64,000 bases of DNA from Antedon mediterranea (taxonomy: Eukaryota > Animalia > Echinodermata): NCBI RefSeq assembly GCF_964355755.1, contig NC_092679.1, forward strand, positions 16,785,432-16,849,431, read 5' to 3'. Below are positions 50,941-64,000 of this stretch, piece after piece; positions within the stretch are counted from its first letter, which is position 1, and each line of letters begins with the position of its first letter. Made by a program: the position numbers and the translations under genes. A model generated the notes under the pieces. It had not been told where the DNA came from, made no database searches, and worked only from the letters and a program-made list of their open reading frames with translations.

Positions 50941-51967
50941 ACCAGGAATATGTCCTCTATACATTTGACCTTCCTCTTATTTGGAAATTTCGTGATGTAG
51001 GGCGTGCCAAACTGTCATTTAATCATTAAAACAAGATATCAAAGTGATATTTTCCATCAAATTTCAAAAATATGTTTCATTAAAGCTAATATAAATATGG
51101 ATACTCCGAACAATAAAAAAAATAAATAAAATCGTTATGTCCATTGGTTACCGAGATATGACCCTTATGTAAAAACGAGGTCAAAGGTCAAAAGTCGTAT
51201 TTCCGGTCATTTTGCATGAAAATGTTTTATTATAGTACATAGGAAAGTGCATATTCTGAACAATATAAGACCAAAATCAAACCTCTATGATCACTCGTTG
51301 TCAAGATATAGGTCGAATACAAAAATAACCTAAATTATTGCGAAAATCGTTATGCAATAATGTCAAAGGTTAAAAATGATATTTCTCGTCAAATTTCAAA
51401 AATATGTTCCATTAAAGCGAATATAAATATGGATATTCTGAACAATTTAAGACAAAAATAAAATCTTTATGACCAGGGGTTACCAAGATATGACCCTTAT
51501 GTAAAAACAAGGTCAAAGGTCAAAAGTGGCATTTACGGCCATTTTGAACAAAAACTTTTCATTATAGTACATAGAAATGTGCATATTCTGAACAATTTAA
51601 GACCAAAATCAGACCTCTAAGATCAGTCTTTGTCAAGTACTGTCTATATTTATGATTTTGATAAATCCAAGATGGCCACCAAAATGGCCCCAAAAAAACC
51701 CCATGGGACAATATTTCGTCTTGGGAACATCAAAAAATGTTAATTACATATATTCAGGATTACAAAAATGTACATTAAAAAAATACATCATGAGGGTGCA
51801 CGGTAACCCCTCCTTCCTACCCTACTATACCTACAAGAGCCTATTTTGTTGTTGACTTGATAGGAACACTACACTCTACTCATTTGAAATCATATTAACC
51901 ATTTTCACAAATACTCTTTATCAGAATTACAAATATAATATTTTATTTATATAATATTTTTACTTAG

Positions 51968-52132
51968 AATATGAAAGTGAAGAAATTTTAACGTACGAAG
52001 AAGTTGGACTGTACCAACCTAACGTCCAGCGGAAGCGACCTATAGTCCTTGTAGGGCCACACAGTGTGGGTAGACAAGAATTAAGACAAAAGCTGTTAGA
52101 AGATTCGGATAAATTTGCTTCAGCGGTGCCTC
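51968..52132 (+). CDS. MPP5: MAGUK exon 13, GUK start
   Basis: EEILTYEEVGLYQPNVQRKRPIVLVGPHSVGRQELRQKL...FASAVP. Confidence 0.96.
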
Positions 52133-52457
52133 GTAAGTGTCGATAGTTTAAATTATAATAAACATTCTATTTAATAGTTCTCTATTCCACGTTCAACTTT
52201 GTGAGAATTTTCTGCAAGGCTTGGTACGTAACTAACCTGTAGTGTGCACCGTCTAAAATAATTCTACCCTACAGATATAGTCAAAGCCTTACCCCCTTTA
52301 AATGGCCTAATACCCCATCTAGCCTTTGCCATTGATTTTGGAAGCAGATTAATTACCATAGAACAGTAGGTGTGTTATAGTACAAATAATCAATGCTCCC
52401 CGTCATTAAATAGAACAGCTACCTTTCAACTCATAAACTTTCACTATTTGTTCTCAG

Positions 52458-52660
52458 ACACAAGTCGAACAAAGAAAGACATTGAAGTAGATGGCGTTGA
52501 TTATTACTTTGTGCCTCGGCAACGATTTGAACAAGACATATTGGCGAGCAAGTTTGTGGAACACGGAGAATATCTGAAGAACTTATATGGAACAAGTCTT
52601 GATGCTATACGGCTTGTTATCAACTCTGGCAAGTCGTGTGTTTTAAACCTACAGCCTCAG
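52458..52660 (+). CDS. MPP5: MAGUK exon 14, GUK
   Basis: [19 protein letters not shown]...[36 protein letters not shown]. Confidence 0.96.
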
Positions 52661-55600
52661 GTAAATATAGACTACCATAGTAGAGTTAATGCTGTTTGGG
52701 ACACCCTTATATGGTTTATCGCTTGATTTCGCAAAAAAATGTCATTGCACATTGCAAAATGAGAAGGTTTGGGAGCAAATTGCGCGACGTGTACATGCAA
52801 ACAACTAATCACGTACGTATGCGTTGTGATGTTTGCTCCCAAACCATTCCCATCATCCATCGCGTACGCTATTTGCGATAAACCTTATTTAGGAGAAACT
52901 TGTATTATGGAACACTTTCCTTTCAAACAAAACGGGGGGAATTTTTTTTTCTCTGTTGAGACCAGGGAAATTTATTTGTTGAGACTAGAGGAAATATTCA
53001 CGGTGTAAATCTATGTCCATATTCTTTACCAAATCTTAAGTCATTTTACTGTCTGCCATATCTCTTTATTATGCTGTTAATTTAACCTTATGTTGAAGTG
53101 AGAGAGTCTTATCTCTCATTTTGTTTTGTCATGTAGAGAATCATATTTATGTTCAATACATTATGATGTCATATTTTTTTTGTTCACAATTATCAACATT
53201 ACAATGACGATTATTGTTACAATTCTTGGAAAGAGTGTAAACAAAAACCGTAAGGAAAGAAAACAACAGTGAAACACTGTACTGTGGTCATTTTAAAAGC
53301 ATGTTACTGAAGACACATGGCCGTCATTCACGGATACTTAGTATCAGTTGACTTCACTGCTGGTGTACTTGAGATATATATTTAAATATGTTATATCTCT
53401 GATACCACTAGTACTAAATCTTTATAAAGTTATAATTTGATTTCTAATGGGTTATACTTATAGACACCCATTAAAAAGTGTCAAGTTTTATTGTCCCTTT
53501 CATTCATTTATTTGTATCATAAAGTTTAATGTTGATAATTATGTTCATACTAATATTTTTTCATTTATTTGGTTTTGGAGATCTAACCCAATCATATCAT
53601 TTTTAGACTAATTAATAACTAATTAATAAGATGGTAACATTGTAAGTAACAAAAATAGAATATTAAAAATATTGTCTTTGTCAAAGTTAAATTATACTTG
53701 ATTGAAATTATTACAAAAGCATGATTAATAATTAATATAATGCAAATAAACTCTTTATTTAGATTTTATTATGGAACTAAGATAAAACAATTAATGACAA
53801 ATGGTTATATTACTTCCTAAATTAAAACTATTTTAAAGAGATAACATTTTGAAAAAGGTTACATAACATTTTTACATAACAGTATTTTTGTCTATCGTTT
53901 CAATGTTACCGAATCTTTATTGGCGACTAAACAACTAGGGGTGTATCCAATTCTAACAATACCGTACTCGCTTGAACAAGTGTCCCGCACAAATTGGAAA
54001 CAAGTTGTTTAAATGACTTGTTTCTCATTTGTGCTTAAAAGCATTCTGCTCTGAACCTATTACCCTCAACACTGTGGTAGTGGAACATTCTATTCCTAGG
54101 CCTACAAAAGCTGGGATATATGTTCTTAAACTATTAAGTGTGGTTCTCACTAGTGATGCAATGTAATGGTAAGAAATTGGCCTTTCAATTACTGTGTTTT
54201 CGCATTGATACGCTGCGTCCCAGTGGGAACCACGCTTTAGGGCACATACGTTAATGTTGAGGAGTAAAATCCAGTATTCCCTATCATTACCGTTGAGGTT
54301 GATACCACATCGAATTAAGCGCCCCTGTGCGTATAGTTGTTCAAGCAAGTACGGTACCCTGATGCTTTTTCCCGCCATATACTGTTTGTTTCACCTAACT
54401 CGTTTTCTTTCCCAAGCAGACTCTAGTAGAGGAGATGCCAATGCAATGGAATTCTTCATGGTTAATGGTGTGTGTTAATTAATTTTCATTCTGCATCTTG
54501 TTTGATGTGTTTTTTTTGTTTGTAGTGCTTGCTCTTTAAACTTAACATATGTTTACTTGTTGCTATTTGTATGTACAGTATATCTGTGCACTGTTTTGTA
54601 TTGGCTTGCCATTTCCTATGCTAAATTTTAATAACAATCTTTCATTTTAACCGAATGAAGTATACTTAATGTCTAGCAGTCACCAGTACCAAGATTAACC
54701 ATGGAGAACTGCTTGTGTACCCTTTTCCCTTAGAAAGCGATATTGTAGTGTCACTCCCTGTTTTTCCTATGTCATTTTATTTAATGGAATTGGGTGATAA
54801 AAATCGGTAGGTGGGAGACATACTCCACGATCACTAATATTAACATTACATAGCATACAGACTATGATATGCTCATAATCAGTGCTGCTTTACAAATGAT
54901 TTTTCTTAATTGGATGAAGGACTATAAATTTATAGTATATCAAATAAAACAACTAGTTTTCATTGTAACAATGGCAATTTCTATTATGTAATTGTTTACT
55001 TTACTCTACTTTTGCACATTTGTTTTTATTTTTTGATAATAGTAATACACTTTTTATTTATAAATTCATGCTATATGAAATTTTTCTTTACTTTAAACAG
55101 AGTTTTGCATGCTTATTGTTTTTTTACTCTAATTTTGTACATTTGGTGTTTTTTTTTAATTGATATACAATTTTAATAAAAAGTATGTTTTTATCAATTA
55201 CAAAAAATTAAAATACAACTTAAGAAAGTGTGCTGGTTGTCTGAAAAGTTATGTTTATTGGAAATTTTCTTGACTTTACTAAAACACAATAAAGACAATT
55301 TTTCAAAGTTGTTTTTGTAACAATTAACACGTGTCCTATTTATATGAATGTTTTTTTATTATTCAACTACTGTATTTGTCCCATAGTCTCCTCACAATAC
55401 TACATTTAATCAATTTATTTACCTATTAGTCACTGTACTCAAATTGTACTATTCTATTACTTGTGTTTGCACTTAAGTATAATAATTCTGTAAACTTGAT
55501 ACCATTTCGTCTGACCACAGTTTGAATTGCGAATGCACGTCTAATTGTTGATATAGTAGTATGCACTGTTTCTTGTAAAAATTTTACTGTAAGAATTGCA

Positions 55601-56373
55601 CAGAATAATGCACTTAACACAAGATGTGTTTCACATTAATTTTAATAGAATAGTTTACAATTTACATTATTTCTTAATGACTAATTGTGGTTGTTCAACT
55701 TTGTGAATATATCAAGAATTAAATCAATCTTATAGTCCCTGCTACTCAAGTTTTCATCATCATCATCGACATTTTAATTTTAAAATCAGAATAAAACATA
55801 TACAAATACAATAAAAATGATAAGAGCCATGAAAATGGATAAATAATTGACACACATTCCAATAGTCAGTAAGATTTAAATTTGACAAATTTATTTTATG
55901 AAAATAGGTAAATATTTCTTTTTATATAATAATTTTACCTCCCAATCAAAGACCGTACCCGCAATTAGAATTTCACATCAAATTATAGCTAGACATTCTA
56001 AATATAGACCATTCTGCTATTGATCACAAAAGTAGCTTGTAATTTTTGCCCTTTTTACCAGTATAATATGACCTTATTAAGAAGATATTTGTACTTTTTT
56101 GTATATTTAATACTTTCCCGTTCATGATTTTTTTTTCAATTTTACCGCATACTTGTATTTCTTTGTTTGGTGTAATTGTGATTTTGCAGTATTTTCATTT
56201 ACATAGCTGTCACATTGTCATTTAAATATTGTGAAATTCCAAGTTTGAATTTATTTCACTTTCATTGTTGTGGGTTTTGTTCAGAATAGTAATTGTTTTC
56301 AGTATAAATATTACGCTTTTATCAGACCATTTATTACACATAACTGTATTGAAACTACATACTTGGATTTTTG

Positions 56374-57263
56374 GGCGCTAGTTCCGTTTCGCACCTGTAG
56401 TTTATTTTGACTTAAAATTGGTTAAGTAACTTTATCGTGAGTACCACACCTTAGAATTAGGCCTAAAAATACTTTTACGAAGGAGATCACACAAAAAGTA
56501 ACAAATAAATCCTTTAAATTGATGAATTTACAGACAAGTTTCTCGCACATCGGTTCGTGAATTTCTCATACTCCATGTTCAATGTTGTTGTTTCTATGGA
56601 GCGCCAAAAGAGCGAATCATAATAGAGGGCTAAAAACTCAGTATAATGCGTATATTTAATGCATTTATTGGTGAAAATTACGTTCAATTTTATCATATTT
56701 TGTCAATGTCAATGCAACAAAAATATTACTGTTGATACTGTACATGGTTTTTGCAGGAACTTTTAGGAATGAAAATCGACAAACTCATCATCATATTGCA
56801 TGTACTGTAGGGGTATACCTGATCTAAATAATATTCCTCTTAGTATTACTCTTAGAGGCCTAGGGTTGGTTGCTATTCGAAAACAGCACATTATTAGCAG
56901 TAAAATGTTGCAGCATTTTTATTGACAAAATATATTAAAATTAAACGTGTATTTCAATTATAAATGCATTAAGGAGAAGACACATTCGCTGAGTTTTTAA
57001 CCATCTATTGTTATTGCTCTTTTGGCGCTCCATAGAAACGAAAATATTGAAATTCGAGTATGCTAAATTCGCGAACGGTATGTGAGAAACATGTCTGTAA
57101 AATCATCAATTAAAGGATTTATTTGTTACTTTTAATGTGATTATTCTTCATAAAAGTACTTATGAGGCCCAATTTTAAAGTGTGGTATTCACAATAATTT
57201 ACTTAACATTTTGGAGTCAAAAGGAAGTCGAAATAAAAACAGGTGCGAAACAGAACTAGCGCC
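56374..57263. mobile_element. Merlin-like foldback MITE
   Basis: GGCGCTAGTTC..TTTCGCACCTG termini, ~380-bp imperfect inverted arms, 8-bp TSD GATTTTTG. Confidence 0.82.
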
Positions 57264-57812
57264 GATTTTTGTTTCTGTTAAAATATATATACAATACAAT
57301 AAGGTTAGCAGTGTTGGATCCAGGATTTTGAAATAAGGGGTGAGGGCTCCAGGGCCTAAAAAGTTTAAAATGAATGAATATACAAAAGTCAATATACATT
57401 TTATGTAAAATTTCATATTTATTATATCATTTGTATAAAATACATAGAAAATTAAGTTTGCTCTGAAACTACAGCACAGTAGTAAGCAAAGGACAGAAGT
57501 ACAACATTTAAAAAATTGGGATATGCTTGTAGAAGCGGATTTAGAGAGGGAAAATTGTTCAGACTCGCTTTACTAATACATTCGCGAACATCTGGTATGC
57601 AGGAGTAAATTTGATTGGTTGGAGGTCAAAATCGTTTACTTTCGTATTGTAAGCATCGTTCACTAATCTCGTACCTTGAGCTATCGTAACGAACGAAAGA
57701 TCAGTGTAGTAAGAGGTGGCTTCCACTAATCTTTTCCTGGTTCGGACAGCATAATTCTGTAGGTCTGAACAGGCCTTTTTACACAATACTGGATCTGACA
57801 CTGCCTTGTTAA

Positions 57813-57991
57813 AGCGTGGTTCCCACTAGCGACGCAATACAAGGACGTAACGCAACGCAAGTGAATTGACCAATCACAAGCGATGGCTTATTCGCTTGTG
57901 ATTGCTTACTGTCTATAACTTCGCTTGTCATTGGTTAAAACGCTTGCGTTGCGTTTACGTCCTTGCGTTACGTTCTAGTGGGAACCAAGCT
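57813..57991. mobile_element. Harbinger-like palindromic MITE family B
   Basis: TAA|AGCGTGGTTCCCACTAG...CTAGTGGGAACCAAGCT|TTA; degenerate relative at ~25086-25230. Confidence 0.8.
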
Positions 57992-58424
57992 TTAGTAACT
58001 GTAGTTACAATATTCAAGTACACATTCTTCTATTGCATCAACAGAATTATACTTACACAGGGTTTTTCTCGTAGTCTATATTGCATGCTATGGACAGTAT
58101 TAATTAAACAGTGTGTTTATTTATGCATGGCAAAATGTAGATGACTGTATGTAATTGACACTAAACAAACCAATATGATAAAAAGGCATTATTATTATTA
58201 TTAAATGTTTAACATGTACCCTGTTTGTATTACTGAGTATAATCCCATGCCCAAATATAATCCCATACCTTCATTTATCCTTGATACACTTAATCTGATT
58301 AATAGTCCAATGGTTGAATATAATCCTACATCCTAGTTCATGTTTGATTCAGAATTCATCCTTTTTTTTCGAGTATAGTTTTAACTTGGGTCATAATCTA
58401 TATACCAGTCTCAATGCCAATGTC

Positions 58425-58650
58425 TGAGGCCCAAATATTTTAGGCCCAATATCTTGTGGCGCAATATATCAGGCCTAATATAGCAGGCCCAATATATCAG
58501 GCCCAATATTTCAGGCATAATTTCTCAAGCCAAATATCCTAGACTCAACATCTTAGGTACAGTACCCCATGCCCAATATTCCAGGGCAAATATCCCATGA
58601 CCAATATCATAGGCTCATTATCGAGAGGCCAAATATCCCAGACCAAATTT
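58425..58650. repeat. Degenerate short tandem repeat
   Basis: AGGCCCAATAT-containing ~15-bp units. Confidence 0.7.
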
Positions 58651-58865
58651 CCTGGCTGTTATGTTATGCACTGGTTATTTTATTACTATTACATATCAAA
58701 TGGTGTATTTTGTGTGTTCAAAATATTTAACATTGTTTTTCCTAATAATCATCATTACAAGTCAAGTGAAGATGTTAGACAATATACTAACACATGTGCT
58801 ATTAAGTGTCCGTTTTTCAGCCATGTAAGAACATTTTATTTTATGTTATTTATTTATTTTTTTAG

Positions 58866-58976
58866 TCTTTGAAGATTCTGAAGAACTCTGATTTGAAACC
58901 ATACTTTGTGTTTGTGTATCCACCCAACATTGACCGGTTAAGACAACAACGAGCTGAAGCTGGCGAAACTTTAAAG
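58866..58976 (+). CDS. MPP5: MAGUK exon 15, GUK
   Basis: SLKILKNSDLKPYFVFVYPPNIDRLRQQR; GTAAGT donor. Confidence 0.95.
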
Positions 58977-59358
58977 GTAAGTGTCACTATGCAGTTTGGC
59001 TAACAGCAAAGCAAAGGAGTGGGTGAAAGATTGAAACATGTATGGCTGTGGGTTCAGGGGTCGGTGGGCCCTAACATTAGCTTGAAAAATAAAAAGCTTA
59101 GGCTAATTTAGAAACAAAAACATCTGTTATATTCATTGACAGATATCACTAGAGTTGGACTACAGCTAGCACAGTTAGTTTGTTTACTCTTTTCAGCTGT
59201 ACATTTTGTAAAAACCCCAAATGTGTTCGTGTGAACAGTTCTAATATCTTAAACACTACACCTATTTCTCACAATTCATTTCCTGCAACCAGACCAGATT
59301 TCGACCTCAGTGTGAACGTAGGTTAAATAATAATAATTTTATTTTATCCAATTTGTAG

Positions 59359-59535
59359 GAAGAAGCATTACGTGACATCATTGAGAATGGCAGGACGATG
59401 GAAGATCTTTACGGTCATTACTTTGATTTCATCTTAATTCACCATCATCACGAGAGGGCGCTGCACGACCTAATCACAGAGATTGAACGCATTGAGGGAG
59501 AGCCACAATGGGTACCAGTCTCCTGGTTAGGTTAA
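59359..59535 (+). CDS. MPP5: MAGUK exon 16 (last), GUK C-terminus
   Basis: EEALRDIIENGRTMEDLYGHYFD...EPQWVPVSWLG*. Confidence 0.96.
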   Translation, partial: EEALRDIIENGRTMEDLYGHYFDFILIHHHHERALHDLITEIERIEGEPQWVPVSWLG

Positions 59536-59946
59536 ACGGATCTATCGATCTTTACATGTAGCAATAATATTTTTAAATGAAAGCACTATACAATGGAATA
59601 TTCATTTTATCGCATTTATCAATTTAAAAAGATAGTTTAGATTTTCAGTGCGACCACACATCAACACTCATACATAGTAAGGTGGAGAGAAATTGATGCA
59701 TCCAAAAAGTGTGTAATACCTCTCATAGACCACACTATGTATAGTTAGACTTTAAGATAGGTTCAAAAAGTTACAAATTCATGTGGTAGAATTGACAATA
59801 CAGAGAATTCAGTATGTATAATTTGAATGGCTAAAATCACAGACATTTTTTGGTGAAAAAAAATGACCAGAAAGAATCTTGAAATCACATGCTTCAGTGT
59901 CTAGAATTATATAGGCTTGGTAGTAATAATGGTTAAAAAATGTAGC

Positions 59947-60072
59947 TATCAAACTTTATGTGACAACAAAATGGGATGTGCCCATATATGGAAATGATGA
60001 TGTCATAGCACTACTATATTTGTGCATATCACATTTTTTGTTCACATAAAGTTTGATAGTGTAGACAGAGCT
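59947..60072. mobile_element. Harbinger-like MITE family A in probable 3' UTR
   Basis: CTATCAAACTTTATGTGAC...AAAGTTTGATAGTGTAGACAGAGCT|TTA. Confidence 0.7.
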
Positions 60073-63000
60073 TTATAATTTTAATTCTCTTATCAATCCA
60101 TATGCAACCATGTTTATACATTTAAAACATTATCTGCTGATAATAAGCCATGACTGGCTTTGTTTTGAGCAGACAGTCAGCAGATTTAGCCCAACAAACT
60201 CCTCATTGTTTAAATGCGAGCAGCGGAAGTAGCTCACTGCGAGGTGGTTGCGAGTGACCAGTGGATCACACCTAATACTACTTTTCATAATCGTTCGTTT
60301 GAATGAGTAAGAATACAACGTAATCAATCAATCAACTGGTTAAGAAAACTGAAGATTCCAATTTGTATAGTGTTTTGCATTCCATATATATTTGATTATT
60401 AATGTCATATAAAGATATTAATTATTTGCCTAAAATATATTTCCTTTATTCTATATTATAATCAATTCAATATATCAGGCAGATCCTTTTTTTTTAATCT
60501 ACTCTCCTTGCGTATACCTTGAATCCGATAATTTACATAGAATTAACATAAAACCACCTTGGTGTAGATATTTCCAAATTATATTTTTAATGCTGAAGTA
60601 TATTAAGTTAGATCTTTTATGAATTACTGATTTCTCAGTAATCTGGATATAACAGAGGGGGAAGAAATGGTTCTTAAATACCACAATTCAAATCATATAA
60701 ACTAACTACTGAGGTATAAGCCTATCCCTTGATCTTGGGATTATATCCGAGGACCAAATGCAGAGTGTGAGCCTATACTCATGAATTTTTCAGCATTAAC
60801 ATGAGCCCATGTTAGTAGTTGAATTTAAACCCCAAGATGCATTATTTTTAGAAGTACTGTATTACATCCAGCAGAGGGAGTATGAACAATACTTTAAACC
60901 TTTCACTAAAGGTGTAGTTTACAATAGAATATTGTTATTTTAATTGCACTTCTAAATATGGCATCCTTTATTATATTTTCCTGTGTAGCGTCAGTTTTTT
61001 TAGCCATAAGTTTATTTGTTTGCAATTTTTGAATGGCGCTAGTAACATTTTAAGTTAGAAGTTATATTGTTGAATAATTAAAAAGTGTAAATTTTATTAT
61101 TTTATATTCTGTGGTGCGTAGGTTATATGTAAGATCCACAGTCAATCCTTGATTTAATTACCTTAAAAAAATCTACCTTTATATAAATTGTATTAAAATG
61201 CTAAACTGTACACAAATTTATTTCATTTTTAATACATAATACCAGGATGGAAATTAATAATAAATTGTACATTAAAATTTGTAAAAAGTAATTATTTTCC
61301 CTGGAATATAGTGGTGTTGTTTGATGAAGTAGTGGAGAAGAGAGGAACAGGTTTATTTGGTATATTTAAATGAGTCTTGTACATTATTACTATCCTTGTT
61401 TATAGATAATTGCTATAGCTTATAAATACCTTTATTACACTAATGGAAGCACTTGCAAGCTTGTAGTGCCTTTGAATATTTAAAAGAAATAATCGTCTTC
61501 CACAAAAAGTGTAAAAAGCTGTCAAAAAGATTTGGCTTTTGTCATCCATTCATTATTAACTTTATAATTATATTACTAATATTATTACTGTTTCACTATT
61601 TTTAAATATTATCATTTATATAGCAATTTATTCATTATTATGATATTAATATGTACATGATATTTGACCAATTGCAATGCTTTATATTTTGCATGTGAAT
61701 ATTATTAACCTTTGACCCGAGTGCATTATAATATTTAGATGTAGTCGTGTGTATATTATTACAATATCAAAGCATTCCCCATTGTGCTTATGTTTTATCT
61801 GCAAAAGTGTTATAACCTTACGCAATACACCAGGATAGCATCATTATCGTAGCGCCCCCATTCATACCTCAGTTTGTTGGCAGCAGTCTAGTCCTTAACA
61901 CGGTAGTATTAAGTACAACATGTACTGCGATCGAGTCTACTGCATCGAGTGTAATACTAGAATACCAAAATACCAAAAAGTGTTAACACAATGTTTGTTT
62001 GGTTAAAGTATTATGTGTGTATGAAAGCAGTGAAGTCACAGTCATTGTAGTGTTGTCGAGTTTCTCATAGTTATATACTGTATCAAATAATTTTTCATTT
62101 CTCTTGATTAATTCACAAGTTTGTTGAACAGCCGACCCACCTTGATTAGGGAGCGTTCGATTTGCGACTACTGACGACCAAAGACACATTGGTTGACCTG
62201 ACCGGTTGACCTGACCTGGTTAGGTCGTCTGTTCACATTGGTCGGTTGACAATCATCGCTCCTGATTAAATCAAGTGTGGAGTCCTACATCAACTGTTTT
62301 TTGTAATTTGGCAACGTGTACTACAGTATTATGTTTTGTTAACACTACTCTGTCTGGTTAACATGTTTGTACGCAAGCAATGAATTCACATACGTAGTGT
62401 TGTCTTTTTGCTTTTAGTTGTACTGCATCAATTTAGCTGTTAGCTGCAGTAACAAGTTTCTTATTTGTTGTACAGTCAAACCAACACGACTAAATCAAGT
62501 TTGGTGTGTTCCACTGAGTTTTCTGAGATTCAGTGTATTTTGTACTACAGTAGTACTATGTATGTAAGCAATGAATTCACAGTCTAGTGTTGTCGTGTTG
62601 CATAGTTAATAATTTAAATTAATTTTTCCTTTTACTTGTTTAATTAGTTGCTTAAATTGTAACAGTTAATTACACGTTAAGTCAACACAATTTTATAGGA
62701 TTGTAATTAAGAGCCTCAAGTTTACTGTTATAAATGATATAGGCTAGTAAAAGCAGTTCATTTGCAGTACAATACTGTTATTGTGTTTGGTTAAACACTA
62801 GCACGCTGGAACACCATCATGTTTGTGTACGTACAACCTATTCTAGACAGCATTTCAGCTTAATATTCATAAACATACATTTTAGCACATTTGGCATGCC
62901 ATACCTATACTTGAGGTGGAATAAAAACCAAACTATCTTCAAGTGGCGATTGTAAAGGATGTAACAGCGGCAAAAAACAATAACCAGAGACTAGTTACAA

Positions 63001-64000
63001 GCAATTAATTCCATGTTTGTCGTGTTTCTATGATTTTATTATACAAATTTTACTTCATGCTACGTTTTTCTTGATGCCATGTTTTTCTCGGTACCGTATA
63101 TATAGCTAACGCAGTGTTGAACAACAGCGCAATATTAATTCATGTGCTTTTTACCGTTATGTCAAATATGAAATTAATTTTAGTTACATTTTGTAGATAT
63201 GCATATATTTTAAGCGATGAATTTTTCAGTTTTCAGCATCGAAGCATAATAATTGTTTCCGTAAATATATAATTGAGAATATTTACTTAAAAATACAATG
63301 TACAATTTTATATGTTTTAATTACAAAGTGAAAGCAAATGTTTACTACTAAATTTATTTGCCCGATAGTAAATGATATTATTTTGCGTAATGTTTGCCAA
63401 AATTTAAAATGAAATGATTTAATGAAACATATGTTAAAGAGTTGAATAAAATTTTCTGAATTTACATAAGCAAAATTTGTACATTGCAACTTGTGGGTAG
63501 GATGCTGACTGGATAAAACAAACATATGCTTTAATTATTTTAAATAGGTGTTGACATTCCATTGATTACACAGCAACTCAATATTATACCTTGTACGAAT
63601 GTATTCCTAAGATTTGATACCAAGGGTCAGTCCTGCCCCAAGCTGATTGTTGTCTATTATATATTTTTATTGTAAAATAATGTACTATTTACTAATTAAG
63701 CTCACATTTTGTATGAATTGTCAAAATACAGCAAATAATGTACACTTGTAAAAATAAAGGAGTATTCATTTGTGTTACATGAGTTGTGTTACATGTTATG
63801 TATAGATACAGTATTATAACACACCTACTGTAACTTGTAATTGTATCCTTGCTATTTGATTGGATGATTATGTATCACATGCCATGTATCCATCCTCATG
63901 ATAGCTGGTGGTACATTGCACATTTAAGTTCTTGTTGAAATGTTGTGCAACTCAAGGCTGGTTGTACGTTCACAGAGTCATCCTGTATTGTATTCTGTCT

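Larger units (their letters stand above)
46138..51827. mobile_element. Academ-like non-autonomous DNA transposon with ~790-bp TIRs
   Basis: TAC|TAGT...ACTA|TAC (3-bp TSD); 46138-46925 is a near-identical inverse of 51041-51827; subterminal TGACCTTTGAC tandem repeats. Confidence 0.88.
9285..59535 (+). other. MPP5: MAGUK p55 subfamily member 5 (PALS1/Stardust ortholog), 16 coding exons, ~937 aa
   Basis: Exon chain with consistent GT-AG phases (2814 nt including stop); REMAVDCP motif plus L27N-L27-PDZ-SH3-HOOK-GUK order; ends QWVPVSWLG*. Confidence 0.9.

Noticed and set aside
46137-51855. Twin ORFs MILINPRWPPKWPQK (46137-46346 minus, 51652-51855 plus)
   Set aside because: Mirror images from the element's TIRs, not genes.
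54025-54478. 117-aa and 74-aa ORFs in intron 14
   Set aside because: No recognisable domain or splice support; probably a decayed repeat.
62330-63150. Recurring AAGCAATGAATTCACA motif
   Set aside because: Appears to be a degenerate ~200-bp tandem duplication with no further structure.

Overview
AT-rich animal genomic DNA with spliceosomal introns, probably from a marine invertebrate (inferred from the repeat content). Most of the window is one plus-strand gene, an MPP5/PALS1/Stardust-type MAGUK. I reconstructed 16 coding exons between 9285 and 59535; every intron is GT-AG, all phases are compatible, and the product is about 937 aa. It has the REMAVDCP Par6-binding motif, L27N/L27, PDZ, SH3, HOOK and GUK domains, and is apparently preceded by an extra N-terminal PDZ domain. 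Head-to-head with it is a minus-strand Ser-rich protein kinase gene (ATG at 2154, running off the window) that the ORF track misses. The introns hold many transposable elements: a full-length but decayed DIRS1-like tyrosine-recombinase retrotransposon (ITRs, ICR, gag, RT, RNase H, methyltransferase, YR) nested in a Crypton-like element inside a Tc2-like MITE; a 5.7-kb Academ-like element with ~790-bp TIRs and LINE/Penelope/satellite cargo; P-, piggyBac-, Kolobok-, Harbinger-, hAT- and Merlin-like MITEs; and SINEs. The most striking unexplained pattern is pervasive short TA-flanked insertions (TACAGTA/TACTGTA, TACCGTA) that look like DNA-transposon excision footprints across the gene body. A different motif set (TAGGCCTA/CTAG) saturates the promoter-proximal introns. 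All calls come from manual reading; no searches were run.
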